From positions 284,937 to 348,936 of the forward strand of contig DTSZ01000001.1 in the NCBI GenBank assembly GCA_012965045.1: a stretch of DNA of 64,000 bases, read 5' to 3'. The position numbers were made by a program, and so were the translations under genes. The notes under the pieces are model-generated. The model saw only the letters and a list, made by a program, of their open reading frames with translations. It had not been told where the DNA came from and made no database searches. Shown here in pieces: positions 35,639 to 45,632 of this stretch. Positions within the stretch are counted from its first letter, which is position 1, and every line of letters begins with the position of its first letter. The stretch comes from Candidatus Saccharimonadota bacterium (GTDB taxonomy: Bacteria > Patescibacteriota > Saccharimonadia > Saccharimonadales > DTSZ01).

Positions 35639-36855
35639 TACGCAAACAGTGCGAACTTATTTTTGCCACGTTTAATAATCGAATATTTAGACTCTATTTC
35701 AGATACTTCTGTAGCTTTTTGGCCATTTATGCTTACTGCGCCAGCTTCTATGAATCGCCGGGCTTCTGATTTCGAACTGGCAAGCTCAGTAGCGACTAAA
35801 AAGTCAGCAAGATTTGCTTCACTGCTGGCTGGAAGTTGTTGTTGTAGTAGCTTAAACCCATCTTCGCTTGGTTGATTGCCAGAATACAAACTGTCGGTTG
35901 CATTCTTGGCAGCCTCGGCATTTTTTTGGCCATGAACTATTTTTGTTACTTCATAGGCTAGATATTTTTGAGCAGCACGGTCACGTGGGTTTTGCTCAAA
36001 TTCGTTTATTAGATTCTCAAACTCTTTTGGCTGAATAAGCGTATAGATTTTAATGTAATCACCAACACCAAGATCGTCGGCATTAAGCCAAAATTGATAA
36101 AAATCAAAAACTGATGTCAGCCCTGGGTCAAGCCATACTGCTCCAGCCTCGCTCTTACCAAATTTAACTCCGGTACCTTTATTGACGACTAATGGCGCCG
36201 TCCAAACGTGAGCTTCGCCGCCTTCGATCCGACTAATTAAATTGACGCCGCTAATACTGTTTCCCCATTGGTCAGCCCCGCTGAGCTGCAGCGTTGCGCC
36301 GTGTTCTTTAAAAAGATGCAAAAAATCATAGCCTTGAATAAGCGAGTAGCTAAATTCAGCGTAACTAATCCCGGCGCCGCCTTCGCCGATACGACTTTGG
36401 ACAAATTCGCGGTCGAGCATTTGGGTCATTGATACGTGTTTGCCAATATCGCGCAAAAATTCCAGATAGTTTATGTCTTTAAACCAGTCGTAATTGTCGA
36501 CGAGTTTAAAATCCATACCTGAAAAAATTGTCGAATACTGCTTGGCAATAGATTCTTTATTGTGGCGGATATCTTCAAGGGTGAGAAGGTTCCGTTCTTG
36601 TTTTTTGCCATCGGGGTCACCGATCATACCAGTTGCTCCGCCAACCAATAATATTGCTTCATAGCCGTGCTGCATAAAGCAGCGAGCCATCATTCCGGCT
36701 GCCAAGTTTCCAATAGTCATCGATGCGGCACTTGGGTCTACACCCCAGTAAAATGTACGTTTTTGCTCATCAAGTTGCTGTGAATCACTAAACGTAGTCT
36801 GATTTTTAAAACCGCGCCACTCTAGCTCTTCTGAAAGGGTCATAGTATTTGTCAT
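35638..36855 (-). CDS. tyrS: Tyrosine--tRNA ligase (TIGN variant of the HIGH motif)
   Basis: 405 aa. GVDPSAASMTIGNL, LVGGATGMIGDP, KFGKSE (KMSKS-type) and a C-terminal S4 domain (SKSEARRFIEAGAVSINGQK). Confidence 0.92.
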   Translation of the reverse strand: MTNTMTLSEELEWRGFKNQTTFSDSQQLDEQKRTFYWGVDPSAASMTIGNLAAGMMARCFMQHGYEAILLVGGATGMIGDPDGKKQERNLLTLEDIRHNKESIAKQYSTIFSGMDFKLVDNYDWFKDINYLEFLRDIGKHVSMTQMLDREFVQSRIGEGGAGISYAEFSYSLIQGYDFLHLFKEHGATLQLSGADQWGNSISGVNLISRIEGGEAHVWTAPLVVNKGTGVKFGKSEAGAVWLDPGLTSVFDFYQFWLNADDLGVGDYIKIYTLIQPKEFENLINEFEQNPRDRAAQKYLAYEVTKIVHGQKNAEAAKNATDSLYSGNQPSEDGFKLLQQQLPASSEANLADFLVATELASSKSEARRFIEAGAVSINGQKATEVSEIESKYSIIKRGKNKFALFA

Positions 36856-36917
36856 ACCTCCATCTTAATATATCTTCTGAAAATAGACAGTAAAAACTGC
36901 ACCTTTATGCTTATTTT

Positions 36918-36926
36918 TGCTATACT
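36918..36926 (+). promoter_or_regulatory. Extended -10 promoter TGCTATACT upstream of the PBP gene
   Basis: Same 9-mer as at hisS, 36 nt upstream of the ATG at 36963. Confidence 0.4.
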
Positions 36927-36962
36927 GACTCAGTTACATTGATAGAGGTTGTTTAATTACAT

Positions 36963-39900
36963 ATGGCTAAAAAAACTAGTGTTCGAAAACCTAAAAAGGG
37001 CGAACGGAATATAACCTATATGTTTCGAAAAGTCCGGGATATATTTAGAAAACCAAGCGCCAGTCCAGAAGCTAAAGACACCAGCGGCAAACTGAAGTCA
37101 GTCCACGGTAAAGCTAAAAAAGACCGGCTTAAAAAAGGTGTTAACAAAAAGAAACAATCAAAATGGCAGAAAGAGTTCTACAAAGACGCCCCGAAAGGTA
37201 AAGTAAAGCGCTTTTTTTGGCGCCTACACCCTAAACGACAATTTAAATTCTGGTTCTCTAGGCACGGACTTAGAACAGCTTTTAAGTTTGGCATGTTGGG
37301 TATCGCGAGCTTCTTTATATTATTAGTTGGTTTATACGCCTATTACTCGCGCGAATTACCTCCACCAGAAGAAATTAGTCGTCGACTAATAGAACAAACT
37401 ACCAAATTCTACGACCGAACCGGTCAAGTATTGCTCTATGAGGTATACGGTGACGAAAACCGAACGGTTGTAGAGTTCGACGAAATTTCTGACTACGCCA
37501 AGCAAGCAACTATCGCCATTGAAGATAAAAACTTCTATGACCACAATGGTATTAGTATCTCTGGCATTGTGCGTTCGGCGATTCAAAACTTTACCAGCGA
37601 CACCCAAGTTGGTGGGTCGACAATTACTCAGCAATTTGTTAAAAACTCGCTCCTCTCGCGTGAAAAAACCTACGAACGAAAAATTAAAGAGGCTATTTTG
37701 TCGCTTGAACTGGAGCGTATTTACACCAAAGATGAAATTCTTGGCTTTTACTTAAACGAGGTTCCCTATGGCGGTACGTCCTACGGAATTCAATCGGCGG
37801 CCAATAACTACTTCGCTAAAGATTCCAGCGAACTAACAATTGATGAAGCTGCTGTATTAGCAGCCATGATTCAGCGCCCGACGTTCTTCTCGCCATATGG
37901 TGAAAATACAGAAGAACTAATAGCTCGTCGTGATTTTGTTATTGATTTAATGCAAGAACAAGGCTACATCACTGCCGAAGAGGCCCAAGCATCGAAAGAA
38001 ACCGACACTCTCGCAAAAGTTGGCAGCAAAGGCCGTGAGCTAACCGACATTAAAGCTCCACACTTTGTCTTAGAAGCCCAGCGTCAGCTAGAAGACCGCT
38101 ACGGTTCTGACACACTCGCCAAGGGCGGCTTGACGGTGATTACAACTGTCGACATGAAACTCCAAGAAGCAGCTGAAAAAGCTATTGCTGACAATATTGC
38201 CGCAGTGGACGCCATTGGCGGTAATAACGCCGCCCTGTCCGCTACTGACCCCGCAACTGGCCAGGTCATTGCACAAGTTGGTAGTCGTGACTTTACTCAC
38301 CCTGAATTCGGTACGTTCAACGCCGCTTTGTCTCGTCAGCAACCAGGTTCTAGCTTTAAACCGTATGAATATGCAAAAGCTATGGAGAGCAACCAAGGTG
38401 CCGGCACAATTTATTATGATTTAGCGACCGACTTTGGCGGCAACTACAAACCGAAAAACTTCGATGGTGGTTTTAAGGGGGCAAATACTGCTCGTGCTCA
38501 TCTTGGTGGATCGCGAAACATACCAGCAATTAAAGCACTATATATAGCTGGTATCGGCAATGTAATTGATCAAGTAGAAAAACAAGGTGTCAGCATTAAT
38601 GGTGACGAAAGTAATTTCGGCCTGGCATTAGCACTTGGAGCAGCAGACGTACTTCCTGCCGAACACGTTCATGGATTTTCAGTCTATGCCAACAAGGGTG
38701 TTTATAAAGAACAAACCTACATCTTAAAAGTAACAAACTCAATCGGTGAGGTCCTTGAGGAATGGCAAGACAGCGAAGGTGAGCAAGTAGTTGATCCCCA
38801 AATTGCCTATATTATTTCTGACATGCTAGCAGACGGCCCAGCCCGAGCTGGTATCTTTGCAGCGCCTGGATCAACCCGCGGTAACAACCTTATTGTGCCA
38901 GGCATACAAACAGCTGTTAAAACTGGGACAACAAACGATGCTCGCGACATTTGGACAGTCGGCTACTCAACTCGAATCGCCGCTGGTGTTTGGGTGGGTC
39001 ATTCGGAAAATATTCCACTGCGAACCGGTGCTTCATCTGCAGTCCAGCCAGCCAGAATCTGGGATGACTTTATGACAGCTGCTCATGACTTATCTGACTA
39101 CAAAGACAAAACTCCAGACTTTGAACGGCCTGATGGTATTAAGACAGTAACGCTTGATAGAATAACTGGCCGCCTACCATTAGAGGGCAGTAGCAACGGC
39201 ACTGTGACCGATATATTCCCAAGCTGGTATAAGCCAGCAGAAGCGGTTAGTGGCGACCCATTTGTAATTGACACAGTATCTGGAAAATTAGCGACTGAGT
39301 GTACTCCTGAGCTTGCAAAACAAGAAGTTCGCGTCGGTGGTGTGAGCGCCGAAATACCTGCATCTGACCCGTCCTACCGGCGCTGGAATGCTCCAGTGCA
39401 AGCACGATATGGTGGCTCCGGCTCTGGCATAGCTAGTAAACCAACCAGCAATGACGATGTTCATAGCTGTAGTGACGCGAAGCCTGTGGTAAGTATCGAT
39501 AACGTAAGCAATAGCGGAAATACCTACACCGTTGATGTCACGGTTACAAAAGGCAAGTTCCCACTAACAAACCTCGACTACAAGGTTGATGGCCAGATAA
39601 TTGCCGGCGGTGCTACTGGTATTACCAGCGGTGGCTCGTACTCTAAATCATTCGATCTGAGTGAAGGCAATCACACAATCGAAGTAGTTGTGACCGACGA
39701 AGGATTATATCAAAGTAGTGATAACGAAAAAGTGACCGTCGCTGCCAATAACGGAAATGGTAATTTTGCAGCCATATCACCAGACGGCGGCAGCAATAGT
39801 GGCACTGTTAACTTTGTCTGGGACCCGCACCCAGACGCCGATAGCTATAAGGTAGTGTGGAACCATACCAGCATCCCGTCGCTTTCAGGTAGCCAGATAG

Positions 39901-40031
39901 TGAATAATGGCAACACTCATTCCGAATCGTTACTGTCCGGAAACTATGAGTGGTATGTCGAAGCCTATGAAAAAAATGGCGCCCAAGACTTGCTCGCAAC
40001 CAGCTTCACGCTAGCATTCACGCAAAACTAA
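36963..40031 (+). CDS. Class A penicillin-binding protein (glycosyltransferase GT51 plus transpeptidase) with a Lys-rich N-terminus and Ig/FN3-like C-terminal extension
   Basis: 1022 aa. EDKNFYDHNGI and GGSTITQQFVKN (GT51). SSFKP, SRN and KTGTT (transpeptidase). Has a TM segment after a ~100-aa basic tail, and the last ~230 aa are beta-rich. Confidence 0.92.
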   Translation: MAKKTSVRKPKKGERNITYMFRKVRDIFRKPSASPEAKDTSGKLKSVHGKAKKDRLKKGVNKKKQSKWQKEFYKDAPKGKVKRFFWRLHPKRQFKFWFSRHGLRTAFKFGMLGIASFFILLVGLYAYYSRELPPPEEISRRLIEQTTKFYDRTGQVLLYEVYGDENRTVVEFDEISDYAKQATIAIEDKNFYDHNGISISGIVRSAIQNFTSDTQVGGSTITQQFVKNSLLSREKTYERKIKEAILSLELERIYTKDEILGFYLNEVPYGGTSYGIQSAANNYFAKDSSELTIDEAAVLAAMIQRPTFFSPYGENTEELIARRDFVIDLMQEQGYITAEEAQASKETDTLAKVGSKGRELTDIKAPHFVLEAQRQLEDRYGSDTLAKGGLTVITTVDMKLQEAAEKAIADNIAAVDAIGGNNAALSATDPATGQVIAQVGSRDFTHPEFGTFNAALSRQQPGSSFKPYEYAKAMESNQGAGTIYYDLATDFGGNYKPKNFDGGFKGANTARAHLGGSRNIPAIKALYIAGIGNVIDQVEKQGVSINGDESNFGLALALGAADVLPAEHVHGFSVYANKGVYKEQTYILKVTNSIGEVLEEWQDSEGEQVVDPQIAYIISDMLADGPARAGIFAAPGSTRGNNLIVPGIQTAVKTGTTNDARDIWTVGYSTRIAAGVWVGHSENIPLRTGASSAVQPARIWDDFMTAAHDLSDYKDKTPDFERPDGIKTVTLDRITGRLPLEGSSNGTVTDIFPSWYKPAEAVSGDPFVIDTVSGKLATECTPELAKQEVRVGGVSAEIPASDPSYRRWNAPVQARYGGSGSGIASKPTSNDDVHSCSDAKPVVSIDNVSNSGNTYTVDVTVTKGKFPLTNLDYKVDGQIIAGGATGITSGGSYSKSFDLSEGNHTIEVVVTDEGLYQSSDNEKVTVAANNGNGNFAAISPDGGSNSGTVNFVWDPHPDADSYKVVWNHTSIPSLSGSQIVNNGNTHSESLLSGNYEWYVEAYEKNGAQDLLATSFTLAFTQN

Positions 40032-40033
40032 GT

Positions 40034-40744
40034 TTATTTAGAGCTCTTTTTGCTAGCTGGTTTGCTGAGTTTTTTTGCAAAAACCAACCGACCAGACGCC
40101 GTCTGAATGTTTTTTATAACCTCTACGTGTACAACTTTGCCGATTGACCGGCCGACGTTGTTGACTACAATCATGGTGCCATCCGCGGTATAGCCAACGC
40201 CTTGACCCCTCTCCGCGCCTTTTTGACTTATCTTTAGCTCTAACTGCTCACCAACTAAATGATGGGGCCGTAGCGCCTGTACTAGCTCATTAATATTAAA
40301 TACTTCAACTTCTTCAATTTGAGCGACTTTTATGAGATTAAAGTCCAAGGTTACGATGCCGCTACCCCGTTTTTTTGCCAGTTCGATTAGTTTCATGTCC
40401 ACTTCTTTACTAGGTACGTCGCTGTCTAGAATTGAAATGTTTGCTCGCTTGCTGTCTTGTAAGTCCGATATTAATTCTAATGCTTGCCGTGCTCGAGAAC
40501 GTTTCTCACTATTAGAACCGTCGGCTAAATACTGCAGTTCTAAAACAACAAACTTCGGCACTACCAAATTGGCCGGAATAAACCCTGTCTTAACAAGTTC
40601 AGCAATTCTACCGTCAATAAGCACACAGCTGTCCAATAAAGCCTCACGGCGCCTGGTGCTGGCCGTAAATAGCCCATTCTTTTGTGAAATTGCGACAATG
40701 GTTATTAGTTGCAAAACAACAACAAGCCCAATAAGTGTAATCAT
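40034..40744 (-). CDS. PIN plus TRAM domain membrane-anchored protein (YacL-like)
   Basis: 236 aa. N-terminal TM, a PIN-like segment (VLIDGRIAELVKTGF...VLELQYLAD), and a C-terminal TRAM-like segment (GEQLELKISQKGAERGQGVGY...). Sits adjacent to radA as in Firmicutes. Confidence 0.8.
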   Translation of the reverse strand: MITLIGLVVVLQLITIVAISQKNGLFTASTRRREALLDSCVLIDGRIAELVKTGFIPANLVVPKFVVLELQYLADGSNSEKRSRARQALELISDLQDSKRANISILDSDVPSKEVDMKLIELAKKRGSGIVTLDFNLIKVAQIEEVEVFNINELVQALRPHHLVGEQLELKISQKGAERGQGVGYTADGTMIVVNNVGRSIGKVVHVEVIKNIQTASGRLVFAKKLSKPASKKSSK

Positions 40745-40757
40745 ATGTATCCTTTGT

Positions 40758-42095
40758 TTATGTTAAGTTTTCATTTAATGCTTGGCGCAGATCAGACAAT
40801 TCATGATAACTAGTAATTTTTTTACCTGTTTTAGGACCCAACACCCGTTTAAAACCAAGTTTCTTTGCTTCGCTGACCCGCCGTTCAATACTGGAAACAC
40901 GCCGCACTTCGCCGCTTAAGCCGACTTCGCCAAATACCACGGCGTCGTTTTTTAGCTGTAAACCTTTGCTGGCTGAAGCAATTGCCATACAAATAGCAAG
41001 GTCTGCGGCCGGTTCGGATATTTTTAAACCGCCAACAATATTTACAAACACATCTTTATTGCTTAAATCGAGCTTAGTGCGTTTATTGAGTACAGCTACC
41101 AACAGATTAAGACGATTTAAATCTATCCCACTGGCGGTACGCTTGGGATAGCCAAAATTAGTCGTATTAACTAATGCTTGAACCTCCACAAGCAGCGGAC
41201 GCGTGCCTTCCATTGTTGCCAGAACGACCGAGCCATCACCTGCTTGTCGCTCGTTTAGCAGGGCTGCTGAGGGGTTCTCGATCGGTATTAAACCTTCGTT
41301 TTGCATTTCGAATAAGCCGATTTCGTTAGTTGAGCCGAATCTATTTTTTACACTTCGAAGCACCTTAAAACCGCCAAATCGATCGCCTTCAATGTTTAAG
41401 ACAACATCAACTAGGTGTTCTAGAAGTTTTGGTCCGGCGATGGTGCCTTCTTTAGTGACGTGGCCAACAATAATTAAGGTTGTATCGGTTCGCTTAGCGA
41501 CTCGGGTAAGCAGTTGAGCCGACTGTGTTATTTGGCTAGCAGTTCCGCTGCTGGACTGTAACCGATCGACACTAATAGTTTGGATTGAATCAACAATAAC
41601 AACGTCGTAGGTACCGGCTGCAATCGTTTCGGCTATTACATCACTGCTAGTTTCGGATGCTAACAAGACCTCGGAGTTATCGTAGCCAAGTCGTTTTGCC
41701 CGCAGGCTAACCTGCTCAGCTGACTCTTCGGCGCTGATATACAAGACTTTGGCTTGCTTAGACAGCAATCCACTTACCTGCATTAAAATGGTTGACTTAC
41801 CAATGCCCGGTTCACCAGCCAGCAACACCACCGATCCACTTACCAAACCACCCCCAAGCACTTCGTCTAATGGACCAATGCCAACCTTGCGCCGTTGTTT
41901 AGAAGATTGAATATGACTGGAAATTTTCTGGGGATCAAGTTTTGCAACCGAACGTTTTGCGCCGCTAGCATGAGTTTGAGCGGTTTTAAATTCCTTCAGC
42001 GTATTCCATTCGCCGCACGACAAACACTTCCCAGACCACCGCGAAAAACTGTCGCCACACGAATCGCAGACATAGGCAGTGGTTGACTTAGCCAT
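40758..42095 (-). CDS. radA: DNA repair protein RadA/Sms
   Basis: 445 aa. CxxC...CxxC zinc finger, GEPGIGKST Walker A, KNRFG motif and a Lon-like C-terminus. Confidence 0.95.
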   Translation of the reverse strand: MAKSTTAYVCDSCGDSFSRWSGKCLSCGEWNTLKEFKTAQTHASGAKRSVAKLDPQKISSHIQSSKQRRKVGIGPLDEVLGGGLVSGSVVLLAGEPGIGKSTILMQVSGLLSKQAKVLYISAEESAEQVSLRAKRLGYDNSEVLLASETSSDVIAETIAAGTYDVVIVDSIQTISVDRLQSSSGTASQITQSAQLLTRVAKRTDTTLIIVGHVTKEGTIAGPKLLEHLVDVVLNIEGDRFGGFKVLRSVKNRFGSTNEIGLFEMQNEGLIPIENPSAALLNERQAGDGSVVLATMEGTRPLLVEVQALVNTTNFGYPKRTASGIDLNRLNLLVAVLNKRTKLDLSNKDVFVNIVGGLKISEPAADLAICMAIASASKGLQLKNDAVVFGEVGLSGEVRRVSSIERRVSEAKKLGFKRVLGPKTGKKITSYHELSDLRQALNENLT

Positions 42096-43075
42096 TACTG
42101 TTGAGCCCGAGAATCCAACGATTCCACTAGCTGGTTCAGCTCAATGGCAAGGTTGTTGTTTTCTTCTACGCTTTTATTAAATTCGGCAATTAATTCATTG
42201 ACGTTGTTAACCTCTAGCCGAATTCGAGCTACTAAAGCGTTTTGCTGGGGTACGAGCGCGTTAGACTCTTGAACTTTGCCTGCAGCCCGCAAATTATTAA
42301 TTCGTGCAACTAAGTCTTCGTTTTGACGATTCAGCTCATCAATAGTTGCATTTCCTTCATCAATATCGGTTCGCAGTTGCTCCATATTCGACTGTAACTC
42401 TTCTATTCGTGACTCGCGTCGTTCAAACTCGCCGTTATACGAATTAAACAAGTCTACGACTGCCTGTCGGTCATTCAAGAACTGTGCGTAATGCTCCTCG
42501 AGCTCTGGATTAAGTTCGCTTACTTCTGTCCCAAGAATGGAATGAAGTTCGTTCGCAATATACAATGGGTCCTCCCCGGTGTCAGAAGCCCGATAGCTTT
42601 GAATTAATTCAATCAATCGTTCGTCGTTGGTTTGTTCAAAAACAGTAGTTAGCCGATCTGCAAGTTCTTCTTTGCCCTCTGTATCAAGTCGCGCCCACAC
42701 TGCATGTAGTAATTCATGGACTGCTGTAACGTCTTCTACCCGCTCTAAGCTTTGCTCACTTACATCTAGGATGTACGTTAAGTCACGGTTGTAGCATCCT
42801 AAAACATTTGACTCTTCGGCTGAGGGACAAAAGTCCGAGAAAACACTGGCTGTAATTAATTGCGGTTGGGTAGCATAAAACAAGCTTTCACCCGCTTCAG
42901 TTAACTGAATTCGATCTGTAATGACTTGAATTTCTTGTGTTGGCTCGAAGTTATTGCGTCGATACCAATCAAAAACCGCATATCTAACTTGCACGGGATT
43001 AAACATTACATATAGGAAAAATCCAAAGAAGCTAAACAGCGCACCATATTTTAGTACTTTTTTAACTTGATCCAT
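42095..43075 (-). CDS. Hypothetical membrane-anchored protein with an HExxH motif and coiled-coil C-terminus
   Basis: 326 aa. N-terminal TM (ALFSFFGFFLYVMF), HELLHAVW, and heptad-like repeats in the last ~110 aa. Confidence 0.65.
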   Translation of the reverse strand: MDQVKKVLKYGALFSFFGFFLYVMFNPVQVRYAVFDWYRRNNFEPTQEIQVITDRIQLTEAGESLFYATQPQLITASVFSDFCPSAEESNVLGCYNRDLTYILDVSEQSLERVEDVTAVHELLHAVWARLDTEGKEELADRLTTVFEQTNDERLIELIQSYRASDTGEDPLYIANELHSILGTEVSELNPELEEHYAQFLNDRQAVVDLFNSYNGEFERRESRIEELQSNMEQLRTDIDEGNATIDELNRQNEDLVARINNLRAAGKVQESNALVPQQNALVARIRLEVNNVNELIAEFNKSVEENNNLAIELNQLVESLDSRAQQ

Positions 43076-43096
43076 TACCTGCTAGTATAGCGCAGA

Positions 43097-45562
43097 TTAT
43101 TCTTTACTGGCAGTGAAGGTTAGTTCTTTTTTTGCAACATCTACTGACACGACTTCGCCGGGCTTAAATGAGCCGAGTAAGATTTTTGTTGCTAACGCAT
43201 CCTCAATCATATCCTGAATTGCCCGTCTCAGTGGCCGCACACCGTGAGCCGCGTCGTAGCCTTTTTCTAAAATCTTACGTTTAGCCTTCGCACTCACAGC
43301 TAAGCCTATGCTTTGCTCTCCGAGTCTTTCAGCTAGTTCTTCGAGTTGAATGTCGAGAATCTTGCGAGCTTGTTTTTTGGTTAACGCTTTAAATACGACA
43401 ATTTTGTCTATACGGTTTATAAGCTCTGGACGCATGTAGCTTTTCAGATCAGCTAAGACTTTTTCGGTTGTTTTGGCGTGTACTTCTTCTAGCTCTTTTT
43501 CTTCGTCTTTATTCTGAATCCGAAAGCCTAGCGTAGCCTCTTTTTTAAGTTGAACGGCGCCAACATTGCTAGTCATGATAATAAGCGTATTTGAAAAATC
43601 TACCGACTTACCTTTTGCGTCTGTTAAACGACCATCTTCAAGGATCTGCAAGAGGATATTGAATACTTCAGTGTGGGCTTTTTCGATTTCATCTAGCAAA
43701 ATTAAACTGTATGGCTTGCGACGAACGGCTTCTGTCAATTGCCCTCCCTCACCATAGCCAACATATCCAGCTGGTGCTCCAACCAACCGTGACACTGTGT
43801 GTTTTTCGCTAAATTCGCTCATGTCCACTTTAATCAGAGCATCTTCGCTGTCGAAAAGCTCTACGGCTAGTGCACGGGCTAACTCTGTCTTACCAACACC
43901 TGATGGCCCCATAAACACAAACGATCCAATTGGGCGTCGCTTGTCAGAAATGCCCGATCGGTTACGACGGATGGCTTTGGCAACATGGCCAATTGCTTCT
44001 TTTTGTCCAACCACGCGTTTGGCTAGTTGTTTTTCTAAATTAATTAGGTGTTTTACTTCACTCTTAATCAGTTTTTTCAATGGAATACCCGTGGTATCAG
44101 AAATCACTTCGGCAATATCATCACTCGTTATGATCACCCGGTTTTTACGGTTGTTTTCTGCCCGAAGCGCGTCAATTTTCTCCACCAACTGGGCAGCTCG
44201 TGTTTTATGAATATGAGCTCGCTCATAGTCGCCTTCTTCTGCTGCTTCTTGCATGCGACGATTAGATAGCTTTAAGGACCGCTGCAACGAGCGTTGTTTA
44301 GCGGGAATACTGCCTCGCTCTATGCGGGCATGCGCGGCGGCTTCATCGATCAAATCAATTGCTTTGTCGGGCATAAACCTATCAGCAACATAGCGTTTGG
44401 CTAGTCGTGCTGAACTTTCAATAACGTCCTCTTTAATTTCAACACCATGGAATTCCTCGTAGTGTTTCTTAAGACCTCGTAATATATCCTCGGTTTCATC
44501 CAATGAGGCTTCAGGGACTATAACCGGCTGGAACCGCCGCTCTAATGCGGTGTCGCCTTCAATATATTTATTGTATTCATTCAAGGTTGTCGCACCTATA
44601 ACGCGGATTTTTCCGCGCGCTAAGGCTGGTTTTAGAATGTTGCCAGCATCAATGGCTCCCTCTGCTGCTCCAGCGCCCACCAGTAAGTGCATCTCGTCAA
44701 TAAACAGGATTACATTTTTCTCTTGCGTGATTTCTTTCATGACTCGTTTAAGACGCTCTTCAAACTCACCTCTATATTTGGTGCCAGCGATCATGCCGGC
44801 CAGATCCAACATAATGATCCGTGTGTCAATTAAACTTTCTGGCACGTCTTCTCTAACGATTTTTTGCGCCAAACCCTCTACAATGGCAGTTTTACCTACG
44901 CCAGGCTCGCCGATTAGTACTGGATTGTTTTTGGTGCGGCGGGCTAAAATTGTGGTTATTCGCTTGAGCTGTTTTGAACGACCAATCATGGGATCAAGCT
45001 CGTCGGCCTCCGCTTGCGCCGTTAAGTCAGTGCCAAAAAAGTTCAGGGTAGATCCCTTGCTTTTCTTGCGTATTTTTCGCTGGGTTGCACCACCAAATTC
45101 GTATGACTGCGACTGCAGGTAATCATCAAGCTCGCCTTGGAGCGTTTTTACATCGATGTTCATGTCTTCTAACAGTTTCGCCGCTCGTGAGTCCTTTTGC
45201 ATAATAAGGCTGTAGAGTATATGCTCAGTGCCGCAAAACTCTTGGTTGAATTCTTGAGCTATATTCCAGCTCATTTTAAGCGTAAGTTTAGCGGTGGCGC
45301 TTAAACCTTTAATCGCAGCGTTCGTTAGTAGGCTTTTTGGCGTTAAATTAAGCGCTAATTTAGCGCGATCATAAGTTACTCCAGCATTTAGAAGTATTTT
45401 AGAAGCTATTGATGATTTTTGATTCAAGACACCAAGCAACAAATGCTCCGTACCAATGTAGCTACTCCCAAATCCTCGTGCGATCATGTCGGCATTATTT
45501 AGGCCTTTTTTGGCATTGTCAGTCAGGCGATCGTGAAGGTGGGAAAAATCGTATAGTGACAT
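43097..45562 (-). CDS. clpC: ATP-dependent Clp protease ATP-binding subunit ClpC
   Basis: 821 aa. Two Clp_N repeats, two AAA+ modules (GEPGVGKT and GPSGVGKT), and a short UVR-like linker (EEGDYERAHIHKTRAAQL). Confidence 0.93.
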   Translation of the reverse strand: MSLYDFSHLHDRLTDNAKKGLNNADMIARGFGSSYIGTEHLLLGVLNQKSSIASKILLNAGVTYDRAKLALNLTPKSLLTNAAIKGLSATAKLTLKMSWNIAQEFNQEFCGTEHILYSLIMQKDSRAAKLLEDMNIDVKTLQGELDDYLQSQSYEFGGATQRKIRKKSKGSTLNFFGTDLTAQAEADELDPMIGRSKQLKRITTILARRTKNNPVLIGEPGVGKTAIVEGLAQKIVREDVPESLIDTRIIMLDLAGMIAGTKYRGEFEERLKRVMKEITQEKNVILFIDEMHLLVGAGAAEGAIDAGNILKPALARGKIRVIGATTLNEYNKYIEGDTALERRFQPVIVPEASLDETEDILRGLKKHYEEFHGVEIKEDVIESSARLAKRYVADRFMPDKAIDLIDEAAAHARIERGSIPAKQRSLQRSLKLSNRRMQEAAEEGDYERAHIHKTRAAQLVEKIDALRAENNRKNRVIITSDDIAEVISDTTGIPLKKLIKSEVKHLINLEKQLAKRVVGQKEAIGHVAKAIRRNRSGISDKRRPIGSFVFMGPSGVGKTELARALAVELFDSEDALIKVDMSEFSEKHTVSRLVGAPAGYVGYGEGGQLTEAVRRKPYSLILLDEIEKAHTEVFNILLQILEDGRLTDAKGKSVDFSNTLIIMTSNVGAVQLKKEATLGFRIQNKDEEKELEEVHAKTTEKVLADLKSYMRPELINRIDKIVVFKALTKKQARKILDIQLEELAERLGEQSIGLAVSAKAKRKILEKGYDAAHGVRPLRRAIQDMIEDALATKILLGSFKPGEVVSVDVAKKELTFTASKE

Positions 45563-45568
45563 AGTTAA

Positions 45569-45574
45569 ATTATA
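45569..45574 (-). promoter_or_regulatory. -10 box TATAAT, 6 nt upstream of the clpC ATG (leaderless candidate)
   Basis: Minus strand reads GGGTATAAT-ttaact-ATG. Confidence 0.4.
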
Positions 45575-45605
45575 CCCTCATTTACGCTACTTATTGTATA
45601 CCCAA

Positions 45606-45632
45606 CTAGCACTCGTGTCTATAGAGTGCTAG
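45606..45632. promoter_or_regulatory. CIRCE-like inverted repeat (16/18 match to consensus)
   Basis: CTAGCACTC-GTGTCTATA-GAGTGCTAG. Only the outermost pair differs from TTAGCACTC-N9-GAGTGCTAA and the dyad stays perfect. Lies 44-70 nt upstream of the clpC ATG. Confidence 0.7.
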
